From the human T2T-CHM13v2.0 reference genome, Homo sapiens: a stretch of 64,000 nucleotides of DNA. This document shows, in pieces, positions 1 through 14,400 of the stretch. The stretch's first letter is position 1. Each line of letters starts with the position of its first letter. The DNA lies in the NCBI RefSeq assembly GCF_009914755.1, contig NC_060940.1. One strand, written 5' to 3'. The translations under genes were made by a program, and so were the position numbers. Below the pieces are notes generated by a model. The model searched no databases and had not been told where the DNA came from. It was given only the letters and a program-made list of their open reading frames with translations.

Positions 1-267
1 TTGTAGGTATTCATATTATTATAAAATAAGAAATTGGGTATATGAAAAATTGAGTATGGTATATATTAGTTATTATTCAGTGCTCAGAGGGACAGAGGTC
101 ATTGTTCTCAAAGGTTTTGCTCTAAGTTTCATTTTTGCTTTTCATTTATGGTTTGACTGCAGCAGACATCTGTATCCATTGTCTTGATGAGGTCTTAATA
201 CCTTCATTGAAAATTTTATGAGAGGATAATAATAAGCTCATTTAAAAGTTTAAATGTCCATGGTCAT

Positions 268-768
268 TATATTAAAGTTCTCCAGAGAAATAAAACCAGT
301 AGAATATGTAAAGAGAGATATGAGAAGTGATTTATTATGAGGACTGGCTCACTTGGTGAGGCAAGAGAAGACCCTTGATATGCCATTTGTAGCTGGTGGG
401 GTAATTCAGTTCAAGTCCAAAGGCCTGAGAACCTGGAGGGTGGGGAGGTGGGTGGTTGGTGCGGACATAAGTCCTGGAGTCTGAAGGCCCAAGAACCAGG
501 AGCTCCATTGTCAAATGCCAGGAGAAGATGGATATCCCAGCTCAAGAAGAGAGAAAGAGAGAGAATTCACCCTTCCTCCATCACTTTGTTCATTCGTGCC
601 CTCAATGGATTGGATAGTGCCTTCCCACATTGGTGAAGATTGATCTTCTTTGTTGAGTTTACTGATTCAAATGCTAATCTCTCCTAGACTCACCTGGGAA
701 TAATATTTTACTAACTATCTGGGCATGCATTAGCTCAGTCATGTTGACACATAAAATTAACCATCATA
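268..768 (-). mobile_element. MLT2-family (ERVL) solo LTR
   Basis: Starts ttctccagagaaataaaaccagtag and ends gttgacacataaaattaaccatca, the reverse complement of the MLT2 5' terminus. Confidence 0.85.
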
Positions 769-1704
769 GTCATTATCTTCAAAAAGTCCCTGGGACTGTG
801 AGTTTCTTAAGGAAAGTCCATATATTATTATTCATGTCACTGCCTGGTTCTTGGTTGATGATAAGGCAATGCTTGTAGCATGACCCAATCTACGACCCTG
901 TTTATAGGAGGCGATGGTGATCCAGTCCATTATTAAGCAATTAGCATTTGGGAATCAAGCACATGCAGTTCAAGAGAATACCCTAAATGATCCTTTATTC
1001 TCAAGTTGAACTGAGTCCATAGGTAGAATAAGATTTTGGAGTAGCCCCCTTTTGTCTTCAGCTTCAGACCTGTTTATTCTTCTTGGCCTCTGCAGCAGCT
1101 TCTCAACCATCCAGCTCCATTTGGCTCCACTCTAGAATGAGTGGTGGTTGTGGTAGGTTTTGATCCTGACAACTGGATCTTTTATACTGCCAACATTGAT
1201 CCCATGGCAGTTTCTGTTTGTTATGATGCTAATAGTCTTCATCTCTTTTTCTTCTACATTGAATTTTATCACTAAATTCTCCTTCTGGCACCAAGCTTTG
1301 TATGTGCCATACCCTAGAAAGATGATAAGGTGGATGGGGCCAGGGTGAAGAAAAAGAAAGTTCATCTCATCACAAATAAATGAACCTACAGAACAGAGGA
1401 TATTCAATTAAGATCTAAATTTTTGTTTCCCCTACACAAACCACCACAGCTTTTTCAGTAGAAAAAATATTTTTAGTGGAAGCTGAAGTTACCAACATCA
1501 TTGAGGTTGGAAGAAGAATCTTTTCTGGCAGCTGAAAGTAAACGAAAAGAGTCGTAGCCACTGACAGTGAGTTGTGTGTGAAAGCAGCAACCCCAGGCTC
1601 ACTGGCAAGGAATAAAGATGCCAGAGAGCACTGCCTGATTGAAGAAACCGAGGGGAGAGACCAGTCTGAGATGCTGCGGATGGCCAGTAGCTGGACTGCT
1701 TGAT

Positions 1705-1840
1705 AAATGGGGTCCTGGCTATACCACTTCATAGCTGTAATCTATGCAAGTCACTTGATCTTTCTTAATCTGAGGTTATCACCATAAAATGGAGGAACAA
1801 ATACTTGAAATCTGCTCTACTTCATAGGATTGCTGTTATT
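1705..1840 (+). mobile_element. MIR SINE fragment
   Basis: MIR core-like gcaagtcacttgatc...cataaaatggagg...cttcataggattgctg. Confidence 0.7.
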
Positions 1841-3623
1841 GTAAAAAAAATGACAAAAATAAGTAGTCAGTCAAATGCTTCTGTTAGATGAGCAAATGGG
1901 TCCCATACAGGAAAGGAATTATGGACCAAAAGCCAGAATTAATGGCCATTTGTAGGTTCCTGCACCAGAATAGATTTTTTTTTCTATGTTGAAAACTGAA
2001 ACAATGTGTTTTAAAATAACATTCATTGTAAGGCCTTTCAATTCAGAATTGAGCCAGTGTTTTGTAATATATAGGTACACAGCAGAACTGGATCTTCAAA
2101 GCCTTCAAATAGGCTTTATTGAATTGATACTGTGTTTGATTCTGGTCTCAGCCCTTGGCTTGTGTTGAGACCTCCTTTGAGACCCTCACTGTCATCTGTG
2201 TCAGTATTTTTAAGGATCCCTTACAAGTGTAGCCAGGTGGAAGCCCGTCTGCTTTCTTCAATGTGGTCGCTGGTCACGAGTGTTCAGGAAGGATGGAGGT
2301 GACACAGGTGAGCCACAGAGAGCTGGCGTCTCCCCAGCCACTGCTGCCGCCTTTGCCTGTCAGCATTCTGACAGGGACGGTTTGTCATTTTACCAGCTGA
2401 CTCCTTGACTTTGACATTTAACTACAGCATCTTACACAAGACTCCAGACACCTTGAATCTGGCTTAATTAGCAAGGCTATGCCTCATCCTTCCTCCCCAG
2501 GTGCTTCTCCCAGTGGCCAACTTTAGAGCGAATTTAGCAGTAGATTTGTAGGTTGCAAGCCTGGACTTTGATTCTGGCCCCTTGTTATGCAGGGAGGGTT
2601 TCTGCCTCAGCATTAAAAAGATGAAAACAAATGTCTCACAGGGAAGAGGAGATTCAGAGTCTGGTGGGGTCAGAGAGCCAGATGTGGGCAGGAGACCCAC
2701 CAGGAGGAACTAGCTAGGAAGGGGAGGAGGTAGAGGTAGCAATGGCTATGACAGTGTTTAGGTAGCAGGAGAAGCAGATAAACACAGTTATCTGTGGACT
2801 CATACATGTGGATATTCCAGAATCTGCAAATGGAGGGGTGATTGAGGCACTGCACAGTGAACTGGTTTCTTCAGTAATTTCAGGAAAACATGTGACTTGT
2901 TAAGGCTCCTTAGAGGCAAGCTCAATGGATCGATAGGTGAAGTATAATCTTACTAGCACTACAGGGACCTGGTTGTTACTGAGATGTATTCATAGTGATT
3001 AGTTAAACCTTATGATGATGTATTTAATTGTGATGTATGAGAAATGTTACTCTGCAGAGTATGAAAGAACGACTGTATGAATGTATCGAATTGTTTACTT
3101 TTCCGCTTTCAGTGTTGTGTGTAAGAGGATGTTGCCCCCAATTTAAAGAGAATGCCACTGAGTTTGTGTTGTTAAAAAGAAGGGGCTATTTTCTAAATAT
3201 GGTGTTGGATAGAATCTCTATCCTCAAGTAGAAGGACAACTAATGAAGTTCACAACCTAAAACATACCGTCAATAACAGATGTCAACTCTGTGTGTGGCT
3301 TACATTTTTGTAAGTTAAATTGTGTCTAATGAATAGTCTCTCACGGCTGTTACATATATGCACAGGATGGAAAGCAAAGTTCTTGCAAAATTAGATTAAA
3401 CCAAATGCAGATGATCCAAAATCTACAATGAAAAGGATTAGCTACTAATTACTCCATTCTTCATTCAACAAATATTAAAGAGCACCTACTATGTATCATG
3501 CACTAGAGATACAGGGTGAACAGAACATACAAACTCCCTGCTTTCATAGAACAGACACTCCAGTGGAGTGCGGATGACACTACAGAAAAGAGTGATGAGG
3601 AAAATATCATCAGGTAGTGAGAC

Positions 3624-3795
3624 AGTGCCGATGATTCTCAAAGAGTGATCCCAGATTAACAGTGTCAGCATCACCTGGGAACTTGTTAGAAATGCAAATT
3701 CTCAGCTTCTGCCCTAGACTTGCTGAATCAGAAACTCTAGGGGTGGACGCAGGAATCTGGGTTGTAACAGTTCTCTGGGTGATTCTGACGAATGT
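3624..3795. mobile_element. MER5A (hAT-Charlie) DNA element
   Basis: cagcatcacctgggaacttgttagaaatgcaaattctc...ctgaatcagaaactctaggggtgg. Confidence 0.85.
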
Positions 3796-3988
3796 TCAAG
3801 GCAAACAACCAGGCGCTATGCATGGAAGTCAAATTGCAGAACGTAGGTGAGACTGCTCAAGCATTTCATTTGTATTGGGTATGTAGAGAAGGCCTCTGTG
3901 CAGAGCTGATCTGAAAATAAAGATTTGAATGTCAAGAAAACCCATCCATGGTTGTGGAGAGAGGGAACAGAGAGGACAGAGATCTTAA

Positions 3989-4301
<313 letters not shown>

Positions 4302-4419
4302 TGAGTATGGCATATTTGAGGGACGGAAAGAAGGTTGGTATGGCTGGAACATTGTTGTCAGGATGGAAAGTGTCTCCGGTTCCAGTCGGAGGTGCAGGCA
4401 GGGATCAGGTGGTGGTGAA

Positions 4420-4585
4420 TAGTGCTTCCCCAATTTAATGGGCACACACACCATCTGGAGATTTTGTTAAAATGCAGATTACGTATGATTCAGTAGGTCT
4501 GGGGTGGGGACTGAGATTTTGCATTTCAACAACCTCCTTGGTAATGATGTTGTTTCTGCTCCACAGACCATACTGTCAGCAGTAA
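4420..4585. mobile_element. MER5-family DNA element
   Basis: ttgttaaaatgcagatt...gattcagtaggtctggggtgggg...tttgcatttc. Confidence 0.75.
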
Positions 4586-4623
4586 AAGTCCCGGGCTTTG
4601 GAATTATAAAATGCAACCCGGTA

Positions 4624-4872
4624 CTAAAGCTCTGTGACGGCGTGTGTGTGTGGGTTTGGGTTTGTTTTTTACCCTGGCTAATTGAACTGTGGCTTACACT
4701 GGGACCTTGTTCATGACAGGCAGTTGATTGGATTAGATGGTGCTTGAGACAGTTGAGAGGTGTTTGCAATTAATATAAAAGGCGAGCCATGTCGTTTAGT
4801 GTCAACTGGCAGAACGTGGCCAGGTGTGGCTTGTCTGGTCCTCAGGAGGGTCAAGGGAGAGGCTTTGTGATT

Positions 4873-4906
<34 letters not shown>

Positions 4907-5950
4907 AGACGGAGTCTTGCTCTGTCTCCCAGGCTGGAGTGCAGTGGTGCCATCTCGGCGCACTGCAAGCTCTGCCTCCCGAGTTCACGCCATTCTCCTG
5001 CCTCATCCTCCTGAGTAGCTGGAACTGCAGGCGCCTGCCACCACGCCCAGCTAATTTTTTGTATTTTTAGTAGAGATGGGGGTTTCACCGTGTTATTCAG
5101 GATGGTCTCAATCTCCTGACCTCGTGATCTGCCCGCCTTGGCCTCCCAAAATGCTGGGATTACAGGTATGAGCCACCGCGGCCGGCCAGGTTTGTGATTT
5201 CAAAACACAACTGTTTCCAGACTCCTTCTCTCAGGTCCTGTGCCCTTGGTATTTCTGAGCTGACCAGCAGAACCTTCTCTTTGTCACTGACTTTTGTTCA
5301 AGGTTTGTCTCCCTGCTCAGATCCTGCCTCATAGGCTATCTAGTATTTAAGTCTCTTTAAAATTCTGGCTACCCATTAGTGACCCATTCTGTGTTGATGT
5401 TTAGGTTTGCTCTCTATTCTTCCTCTTCCTCATGAATACCAAGACATTGAGATCAGTTGTAGCCCATTCCCTGCTGGGAATCCAATTCCCAGGGCTATGG
5501 ACTTTCAGATGAAGCCCTGTTCCACAAAACACAATTCACCCAGTTATATTGGACTCACTTTTGTTTCTTAGCGTCCTTATACACTTCTGCCAGGTTTGAT
5601 GTCCTACCTGAGCACACCGTGACATCTGACAATGAATGATGTGTCTCTGATTTTTAGTGTCACTGGGTTTGTCCTCTCCACCCTAAAGTTCCGTAAGTGT
5701 ATGTGTGAGTTTGGGTTTGTTTTTTACCCTGGCTAATTGAACTTTGGCTTACACTGGGATCTTGTTCATGAGGGGCAGTTGATTAGATTAGATTGGATTG
5801 GATTAGCCTCTCCCTTGTCCCTCCTGAGGCCCAGACAAGCCACACCTGGCCAGATTTTGCCTGTCGACACTAAAGTACATGGCTCCCCTTTTAAATTAAT
5901 TGCAAACACCTCTCAACTATCTCAATTACCACCTAATCCAATCAGCTGCC
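4624..5950. repeat. Local duplication with partial inversion (A-B ... A'-inverted B), possibly of an old LTR-like element
   Basis: 4624-4736 recurs directly at 5683-5791; 4719-4864 recurs inverted at 5805-5950. Confidence 0.9.
4876..5187 (-). mobile_element. AluY with target-site duplication
   Basis: AluY diagnostic cactgcaagctc...gttcacgccattctcc; tttgtgatttc on both sides. Confidence 0.95.
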
Positions 5951-6149
5951 TCTCTTGGTGGTACTTGGCCTTTCCCACCCATAATTCTGGGAAAACCCTC
6001 TCTCTGGGAGTTAATCATCCTGCAGGGAGTTTCTGCTCCTAAGCTCTCTGCTGCCCTCTGCTGGGAGGCAGAGACCTTTTCCCTTGCTGCACCATGGAGC
6101 TCTAGTTCTTTGAGTAGCAAGCACCTGCCAAGATACTCCACCCTTCCCA

Positions 6150-6470
6150 CATTCATTCTTTCCTTTCCCATTCAGCAAATACTTATTGAGGATATCCTGT
6201 ATACCAAGAACTACAGGCCCTGGGATACAAGGTGAATAAACTTGGCTCCTATCTCTTAGGACCTCACTAAGGCGAAAGACAGAAGGGTTAATAACAATTA
6301 GAATATGGCTTGAGAAAGGCCAGACGAGAGAAAGCAGAAGATAAAGGGAGACTAGGAGAAAAGAAACGTTAGCAATGCTCACAGGAGAGAGGAAGCCTTC
6401 ACTAGGGTTTTGGCAGCTGAGCTGAGTTTTAAGGGATGGGCAGGAGTAGGCAAATTGCTGGAGTCTTGGA
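6150..6470 (-). mobile_element. L2 fragment
   Basis: cattcagcaaatacttattgag...ctgggatacaaggtgaataaa...gagctgagttttaagggatg. Confidence 0.7.
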
Positions 6471-7934
6471 TTTATAGACTAGGAGGGATGGAAAGGATAC
6501 TGGAAATTACATTTTGGTTGACTTAATAATGAACCATCCATTGTCCTAGAGGACAATGTCATAGATCATTCAAATTTATATCTTTTCCTTGAGGGTTAAC
6601 ACTGGGGTTTTCTTATAGTCCTGCTGCCTTGTATTTAAGCATACAAATATCTAAGAAGAAAAATAAGCATCAGGATTTTTCTGTTTAAAATCAGACCAAA
6701 AAAAAAAAAAAGATATAGGGTCCCATGATCTCTGTATTTTTTGGAACTTGAGAGATTGTATGTCCTACCTCTCCTAAAAGCTAAGGAATTGGATATTTTT
6801 CACTCTTGTATTATTTGGAATTTACCTGCTATGAACCAAATAATAAGAGTAAATATATTATCCCCAGAAAGATGTTTTGTTACTGTTGCTGGTGAAAAAA
6901 ATGAGCTCACTAACATTTTACCACCCCCCACCCCAATTATGCTGTTCTTTCACCGGAGCAGTGCTCATGAAGATAACAGTTTCAATAGTTATTTGTAAAA
7001 AGTTGGCATCCAGGCTGGGCATCCTGCCTGCAGAATGGCATAGGCTGAGGATGAATGGTAAGTTAATGAGCTTATCTACCTCTCAACCCCCAGCATGAGG
7101 TACCGTAAACAGCATCTGGCTTAGTAATAGAGACGGAGAAACACCACAATACAGGAAGATGAAGTTATTACATTCCTACCTGGATAAAAATGAAAATGGA
7201 GAATTCTCAGCTGATCGATCAAAGGAGCATATGTCTCACCATACAGTGTGATCTCCTTGCGGCTATGACCCTTGTCCCTTTTTATGTCCCTGGCTCCTCT
7301 CATACAACCTGGCCCTTAGTAGCTGCTTCCAAAAAGTTAGTTTAATTAAGTTGAAGTTTATTGCCCTTTAAATGGAAGCATGCTCTTTATATCTTCCTGG
7401 TTGGTAGAGTTCCTGGAAAAAAATTTGCTTAGCTGCATATTTCATGGCACATGTGTAGACTTGTCACAGGAATATTGGAGAGGACCTTCCTGGAGTTTAG
7501 TTCCCTTTCTGAAGTCTTCAGGCTCTCCACGGCTCTTAACAGTCTTTCTAATTTGATTCAGAAAAAATCAATAATAAACCACTAACAACCTTTGCCATTC
7601 CTTCCCTAGGATTTTTCTCTTTCCTGAAATAGTTCATTGGTAACTGAGAGGTGACACCAAACATGAGGCAGATAGAAAGCGATATCATGACACACCATAG
7701 ATAAAAGTCCACTTTTCCCTGAGGCGTGAACACCCACTGAAAGAAATATGGGGGAAATCAGAGAGAAGATTCCTATGGAAGCTCTATGCTCTGTCTAGTA
7801 GAGTAAAGTAAGTAGGTCTGGGGGATCAAGCTTTCCACTGAAAGAACCTCTTAGCCTTTTATAATCATAGAATGTGGGACTGGAGTCTTGAGGTATTGGT
7901 ATTATCTTTTCAAATGATGTGTTTTTATGAGTGA

Positions 7935-8469
7935 TGTATTTGTGTTTGGCTATAAGAAAACAAATCTACTGACTTATGAAGGCTGACAGAGAACAGGGCT
8001 TTATTTTTCTTATACGAAGGACACAGGCAATGTTTGTTCAGTGGCTCAAAAATGTCAGGAACACATTGTTGCTCCCATTATTTCTCTGCTTATTGCTTTT
8101 ACCTCCAGGCCACCCTCCCTTCCATTAAGGCCTGAACCCAGCCATTCTCTGTTGCTTATGGCTTTGTGGTTGCAAGAAGGCTGCTATAGCTTTAGTCCTC
8201 ATGGCCAAGTTCAAGGCAGAAAGTCAGGGGCAATGGTTTAGGCCACATCGTCGCTTTCATAGGAAAGCGAAATTTTGCTGGTAGTTTCCCAGATGGCTTC
8301 CTCTTACATCTCTTTAGCCAGAACTGGCTTCATAGGGCCACCCCTAGACATTAGGGGAGTAGATAAAGTAGATACTGGATCCACTACTGTCATGGACAAC
8401 AATGAGGGGCTGTGAGTAACAAAGAGGTGGAGGATGGGCATTGGCAGGCACTGAATGGTATCTACCACA
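7935..8469 (-). mobile_element. Old MLT1 (J/K/L-like) MaLR LTR
   Basis: ggttgcaagaaggctgctatagct...cttcctcttacatctctttagccagaactgg...tctaccaca. Confidence 0.6.
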
Positions 8470-10956
8470 GGTGAGGAAGCATACCACTACTCAACACTGG
8501 TGGACAGAATATTTTTAAAAACACCTCAGTGTTTATATGATGCAAACAAGTAAGTGCTAGATTATTATGCCAATTATTACCCCAATGCCCTGATAGAATG
8601 TAAAACAGAGGTGGGTTATCTGGTTTTGACCACTCTTGACACCTGCAATTGGCTCCAGTGGTCAGGTAGGGTCATCCCCAATGAGATCTATCTGCGTTTT
8701 TACATATACAATTCTAACAGCTAATTGTATTGAACTGTGTAGTCAACTAGTAGTATATTTGTCTTGAAACTTTCCAGAATCCCCCAGATTCATCAACAAT
8801 GAGCAACAAACTAGCATCACGATGCAGGTATTGGCTCATTGACCACCTGAATGACTAATTCCCCACACACTAGCTCACAGTGGAGGTGATTCAAATTAGT
8901 GCCTTAGCAAAATTACAAATTGCTACATGTCATGCTCCTCCAGGATCTCTCACAAATTGTCAAAATCATGCATGTTAAATTTGCAAATGAAAAAATGCCT
9001 ACTGTGTATTCTTTGAAATGCTTTCATGTCATCAGCAAAATTGGTGTACAATGACAATTTTTTGTATTTATTTATGAAAGTATTGAAATGGCTGCAATAT
9101 TTGTAGTATTTTGTTTAAAAGAGGTAATAAGAGGCCTCCTCCACCCCTTGTCCTCAGATATTGTTCCACTTCAAAGACTGAATTTCCTTCGTCTTACAGG
9201 CTTGAATCTATCCTGTAGAGTGGTTGTGAACCAGAGTCCTGTTTAAAATAAATCATCATAAGGTAGCTGGATTCAGGCCTTAATAATAGAAATGGTGCCC
9301 TGGAAATGAAAGAGGAGCAGAGTAAGATGATTGACCTAGTTCTGAAGAAAGGGAGGTGGTCAACCTCAGGGGATGGGCTGGGAATTGGGCCTATAAGTCT
9401 CCCTTCCACTTTCTCTCTTCTCTACCCCATTGTCCCTTCCATATTTTCCTCTTAAAAAAAAAAACACTATGGGCTACATTCCAGAAATGGGAGTATGCTA
9501 AGGTGCCTAGGCATGTACATCTGTATCCATACCTATTCCCATAAGTACACCTATACCTATACCCACACCTATCTATTTGTACTGATTGGTATTAGGCCAA
9601 CAAAATTGCCAATACATTTGTACTTACAAAATATCAAGGTTTATATAAATATGACAGACTAAAAACCAGTATTGCAGTCACAGATTTTATTGTCTACTGG
9701 GTAATATACAACTCTGTAAGAGTGGAAGGCCGTGCATTAGTTGAGCCATCCCCCTGATTTTGTACCTAATGTTCTTTCAAAAACTTGTGCAAAAGTCAGC
9801 TATGAAACTTCAATGAGATTACATGTGGGTTCTGTTACTAGAGAGCTGAAAAACATTCTAACGTCCCTAATTACACCTTAGCTTTTAGGCATCATTCTCG
9901 ATGATTTATACATTCCATACAAGGTCTTTCATTTTATTATTTCCTTTCAAAATAGAGCACAAGTTTGACCAGCTTGAAGTCAATGAGCATCTGATTGAGG
10001 CTAATGACTTACCACTTTCCACAGGCCTAATGATTTCTATCTTTGTCTCTATTGTATTGAGTTAATGAGACCTATGCTTATGCCAGGAATCAACATTCAT
10101 TTTTCTTTCTCCACTCATTTTTGTAAACTAATAAGAACAAATGCAATAAAATAGTTGTATAATTGCACAAACATTGCTTTACCTTCAAATATGGAGATAC
10201 TACTAAAATGGAAATATTAATTGGCTAACAATGCTACTGTGAAACAGCCAAACATCTACAAATATGAAAAAGCTGATGAAATGTTTGTAAGCTGAATGCA
10301 TGGAAATTAAACAGTCCATATGTAGTTTTATAGTTGGCTCTCGATTGTATACTATGTGTACAAAAACTAGGGTCAGGATCTAGAACTTCTAATTCCGAAT
10401 GTGCTCATTAATTTACTTGGCAAATATTTATTGAATTTGTTCAATAAAATTGAACTAATACCAGATAGGCCTGGAGCATCTTCTGTGCCAGAATATAAAA
10501 GAGTTCTCAAAAAAGCCCCACAAAAATTAGCATATACTCTTATATGTGATATACTGTACTAGGTGGTAGCACTCTGTTTCATCTGATCCTGAACTAAAAC
10601 CCTTAGTGACAATCCTCTGATTCTGACTTGTGTTTCGTCTTTTTTGACGCTTCTGATGAGCTCTTTGGCTTTGTGTCTGGTGGTTTTTGCATCGGTGCTG
10701 CTTTTGGAAGAGGCTTTCTGGTTGTGACATCTGCCTACTTGAATTCCTTTGTCTAGGGGTAGGAGCCAGGCCATTTTAGAGTCCAAGCATTTCTGCTAAT
10801 GTGGCTGCATTACTCTGCAAAGTGGGCAAGGAGAATTAAGAGAATCTGTATTGAGTGACAATGTCAAATGGATACAGACCCTACAGCCAAGCATCAAAAT
10901 TTAGCACTCTTAAGTGATAACCAAATGGTGAGGGAAATGTTTTTTTTCTCCCTCTA

Positions 10957-10959
<3 letters not shown>

Positions 10960-10999
<40 letters not shown>
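10960..10999. repeat. (GT)20 microsatellite
   Basis: Uninterrupted GT run. Confidence 0.98.
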
Positions 11000-11001
<2 letters not shown>

Positions 11002-11064
11002 CTGATGGTCTGGTAGGAAAAAAAAGCCACTCTGTCATTTGTGAAGTGGCATGGAAAATAAGTT

Positions 11065-11450
11065 TTCTCTATAGGGAGAGCTTGGGTGTTTGGAAGTCAG
11101 CACTGAGGTAGAGTTTGGTGCACAGGATGTTTATCAGATATCAGCACCTGTTGAATGGAGGAGAAAGAAGCCTGGTTGGGTAGAGGGAAAAGTTGAACTG
11201 TAATGTAGGTCTGGCAAAGCTTTGGCTGACTCCAGGGAGAGCTCTGAGCATATGTTCTTCATCGCAGTTGACCCTGATGTACTAAAACGGTCGGGCCTTT
11301 ACAACACCCCTCTATCAATCACTGAATGTGCGTTGCCCCAGGAAGAATGTGCCCTTGGGAAAGGTAGCTCTGTGGCTGAGGCAGATCCTGAAAGAAATGA
11401 TAACTGGGGTAACGAGTCTTTCCTTGATGGGAGATCTGGTGGGGACACAT
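11065..11450 (-). mobile_element. LTR33/LTR41-like ERVL LTR
   Basis: gggtagagggaaaagttgaactgtaatg...ggtagctctgtggctgaggcagatcctgaa...gggagatctgg. Confidence 0.55.
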
Positions 11451-11454
11451 GTCG

Positions 11455-14400
11455 ATATGACAAAAGTTCTTAGTAAACTGAGAATAGAGGAGAACTTCTT
11501 CAGCTTGATAAAGAACATCTAAAAAAACCTACCACTAACATTATATTTAATAATGAGAACTGGGTGTTTTCTCTAAGTTTGGGAACAAAGCAAGGATTTT
11601 TTTTCTCACCACCCCTAATCAACATTGTACTGGAAGTCTTTTGTAGTGCAATAAGACAAGAAAAGGAAACAAAAAGTATACAGATTGAGAAGGAAGAAAT
11701 GCACCTATCTCTGTTCTGTATATTGTCTATTTAGAAAATCACAAAGAATCTACTAATCAATAATTATGGCAAGATCACAAAATATAAGGTAATATATAGA
11801 TGTCAATTGCTTTCCTATACCAGGAACGGATGATTAGAATTTGGAATAAAAAGATAACAGATATTAATAGTGCCCCCAAAATGAAATACTTAGGTATATA
11901 TCTAACAAATATGTATAGAATCTCTATGTGGAAAACTATAAAACTCTGACATAAGAAATAAAAGATCAAACTGAATAGATAGTCCGTGTTCATGGATTGA
12001 AAGACTCAATATTATTAAGATGTCAATTCTTCCCTACTTGATGTACAGATTCAATGTAATTCCTATCAAAATTCCAGAAAGCTGTATTTTAGATATTGAC
12101 ACACTGATCTAAAATTTATGTGGAAAGGCAAATGACCCCCAAAAACCAACACAATGTTGAAAGAGAAGAACAATGTCTTACTGCAAGACTTGCTACAAAG
12201 CTATAGTAATCCAGACGGTGTGATATTGGTGGAGGAACAGACAAACAGGTCAATGGGACAGAGTAGAGAGTCTAGAAGTAGACCCACACAAATATAGCCT
12301 AATGATTTTTGACAAAGGAATAAAGGCAGTTTAAGAGAAAAAGGATAGTCTTTTTAAGAAATGGTGCTGAAACTATTGGATGTCCATATGCAAATCAAAA
12401 CCAAACCAAAACAGAAAAACCCAACCTAGACACAGACCTTACACCTTTCACAAAAATTGACTCAAAATGAATCATAGACCTAAATATAAACCACACACTT
12501 GTAAAGCTTCTAGAAGATAATACAGGAGAAAATCTACGTGACCTTTTATTTACCAATGGGTTTTTAGATACAATACCAAAAACATGATTTATGAAAGAAA
12601 AATTGACAAGTTGGACCTTATTAAATGAACAAAGTCTGAAAAAGTGGACTTTTAAGAGCCACTGTTAAGAGAATGAAAAGAAAAACCACAGATTGGGAGA
12701 AAATATGTATAAAGCTTATGTCTGAAAAAGGGCTTGTATCCAAAATATACAGAGAATGCTTAGAACTCAGCAATAAGAGAACAAAAAACTCAATTTAAAA
12801 AGGGACAAAAGATCTGAATGATCACCTCACCAAAGAAGATATACAGATGGTAAATAAGCATATGAAAGAATGCAAACCATCATTTGCCATTAGGGAACTG
12901 AAAATTAAAATAATGAGATATCACTACACCTCCTAGAATGACTAAAACTAAACAAAGAAAACCACCCGATAGTACCAATTGCTGGCAAGGATGTGGAGCG
13001 ACAAGAATGCTCGTTCATTTCTGGTGGGAACGTAAATGGTACTGTAGCTTTGGAAGACAATTTGGCAGTTTCTCGTAAAGCTAAACACAGTGTTACCACA
13101 CAATCTAGCAGTACACTCCTAGTTATTTCTCCAGCTGATCTGAAAACTTATGTTTACACAAAAGCCTGCCTAGAAATGTTTGTAGCAGCTTTATTTATAA
13201 CCACCAATAACTGGAAGCAACCAAGATGCGCTTCAATAGATGAGTGGGTAAACTGTAGTCCACTCATTCTATGGCATATTATGCAGAGAGATGAAACTTA
13301 AATGCATATTGCTAGTTGGAGAAAGCTAGCCTTAAAAGGCTACATATTGTTTGATTTCAATGATATGACGTTTTGGAAAAGGCAAAACTATAAAGACGAC
13401 ACAAAAATAAATGATTGCGAGGGGCTTGGGTGAGGGGAAGGGAGGGTTGAATAGGTGAAGCGTAGAGTTTTCTTTTTAGGGCAGTGATATTATTCTGTAT
13501 AATACTATAATTGTGACAAATAAGATTATGTATCTATCAAAATCCATTGACCTTTAACACACAAACAGTGAACCTTAATGTACACAAGTTTAAAAAAGCA
13601 TTTAGGAAGTCATGGAAATTTAGGATGGAACATAGACTGTGACACAACAGTCTAACTGTATCACAGTATGTGAAACAATTTCACTGAAAGGAGTTGGGGA
13701 ACAGGTACTGACCTAAGTAACTTTGGAAATGAGTGGAATTTGTAAAACTAGAGGCAAAAGAATTATTGTATTTTAGTTGATAAATTTGTATCTCATGGGA
13801 GTGTGGGTTAGCAATTCAGATGCTTTTACACATCTGTATTGGAATTGAACTGATGTCAGCTTAATAGATATGGATAGTTACATGAAGAAATATTTGTAGG
13901 TATGTGTATGTACTTGAGTTGGTATACACACATATATTTCCTTGCTTGTTCAGCTGAGTGGGCCTAGTGTCAACAATGTCCCAGTAGCAACCAGTGCACC
14001 TGGTACCTAGATTATGGGTACCAGGAAGCTAGGTCTTCCTAGATTTAAAGACTTGGAGCAGGAAATACACCAGATAAGCCTGGAGCATCTTATGTGCCAG
14101 AAAGTTCTAAAAAAAAAAAAAAGAAAACCCACATTTAGTTCTTTAAGGAATTTCCATAATGGGTGTAGTAGTTTACATTCTCACCAGCATTGTAAAAGTG
14201 TTCCCTTTCACCACATCCACACCAATATCTACTATTTTTTGATTTTAAAATTATGGCCGTTCTTGCAGGAGTAAAGTGGTATTGCATTGTGGTTTTGATT
14301 TGCATTTCCATGATAATTAGTGATGTTGGGCTTTTTTTATATGTTTATTGGCCATTTGTGTATCTTGCTTTGAGAATTTTCTATTCATGTCCTTAGCCCA

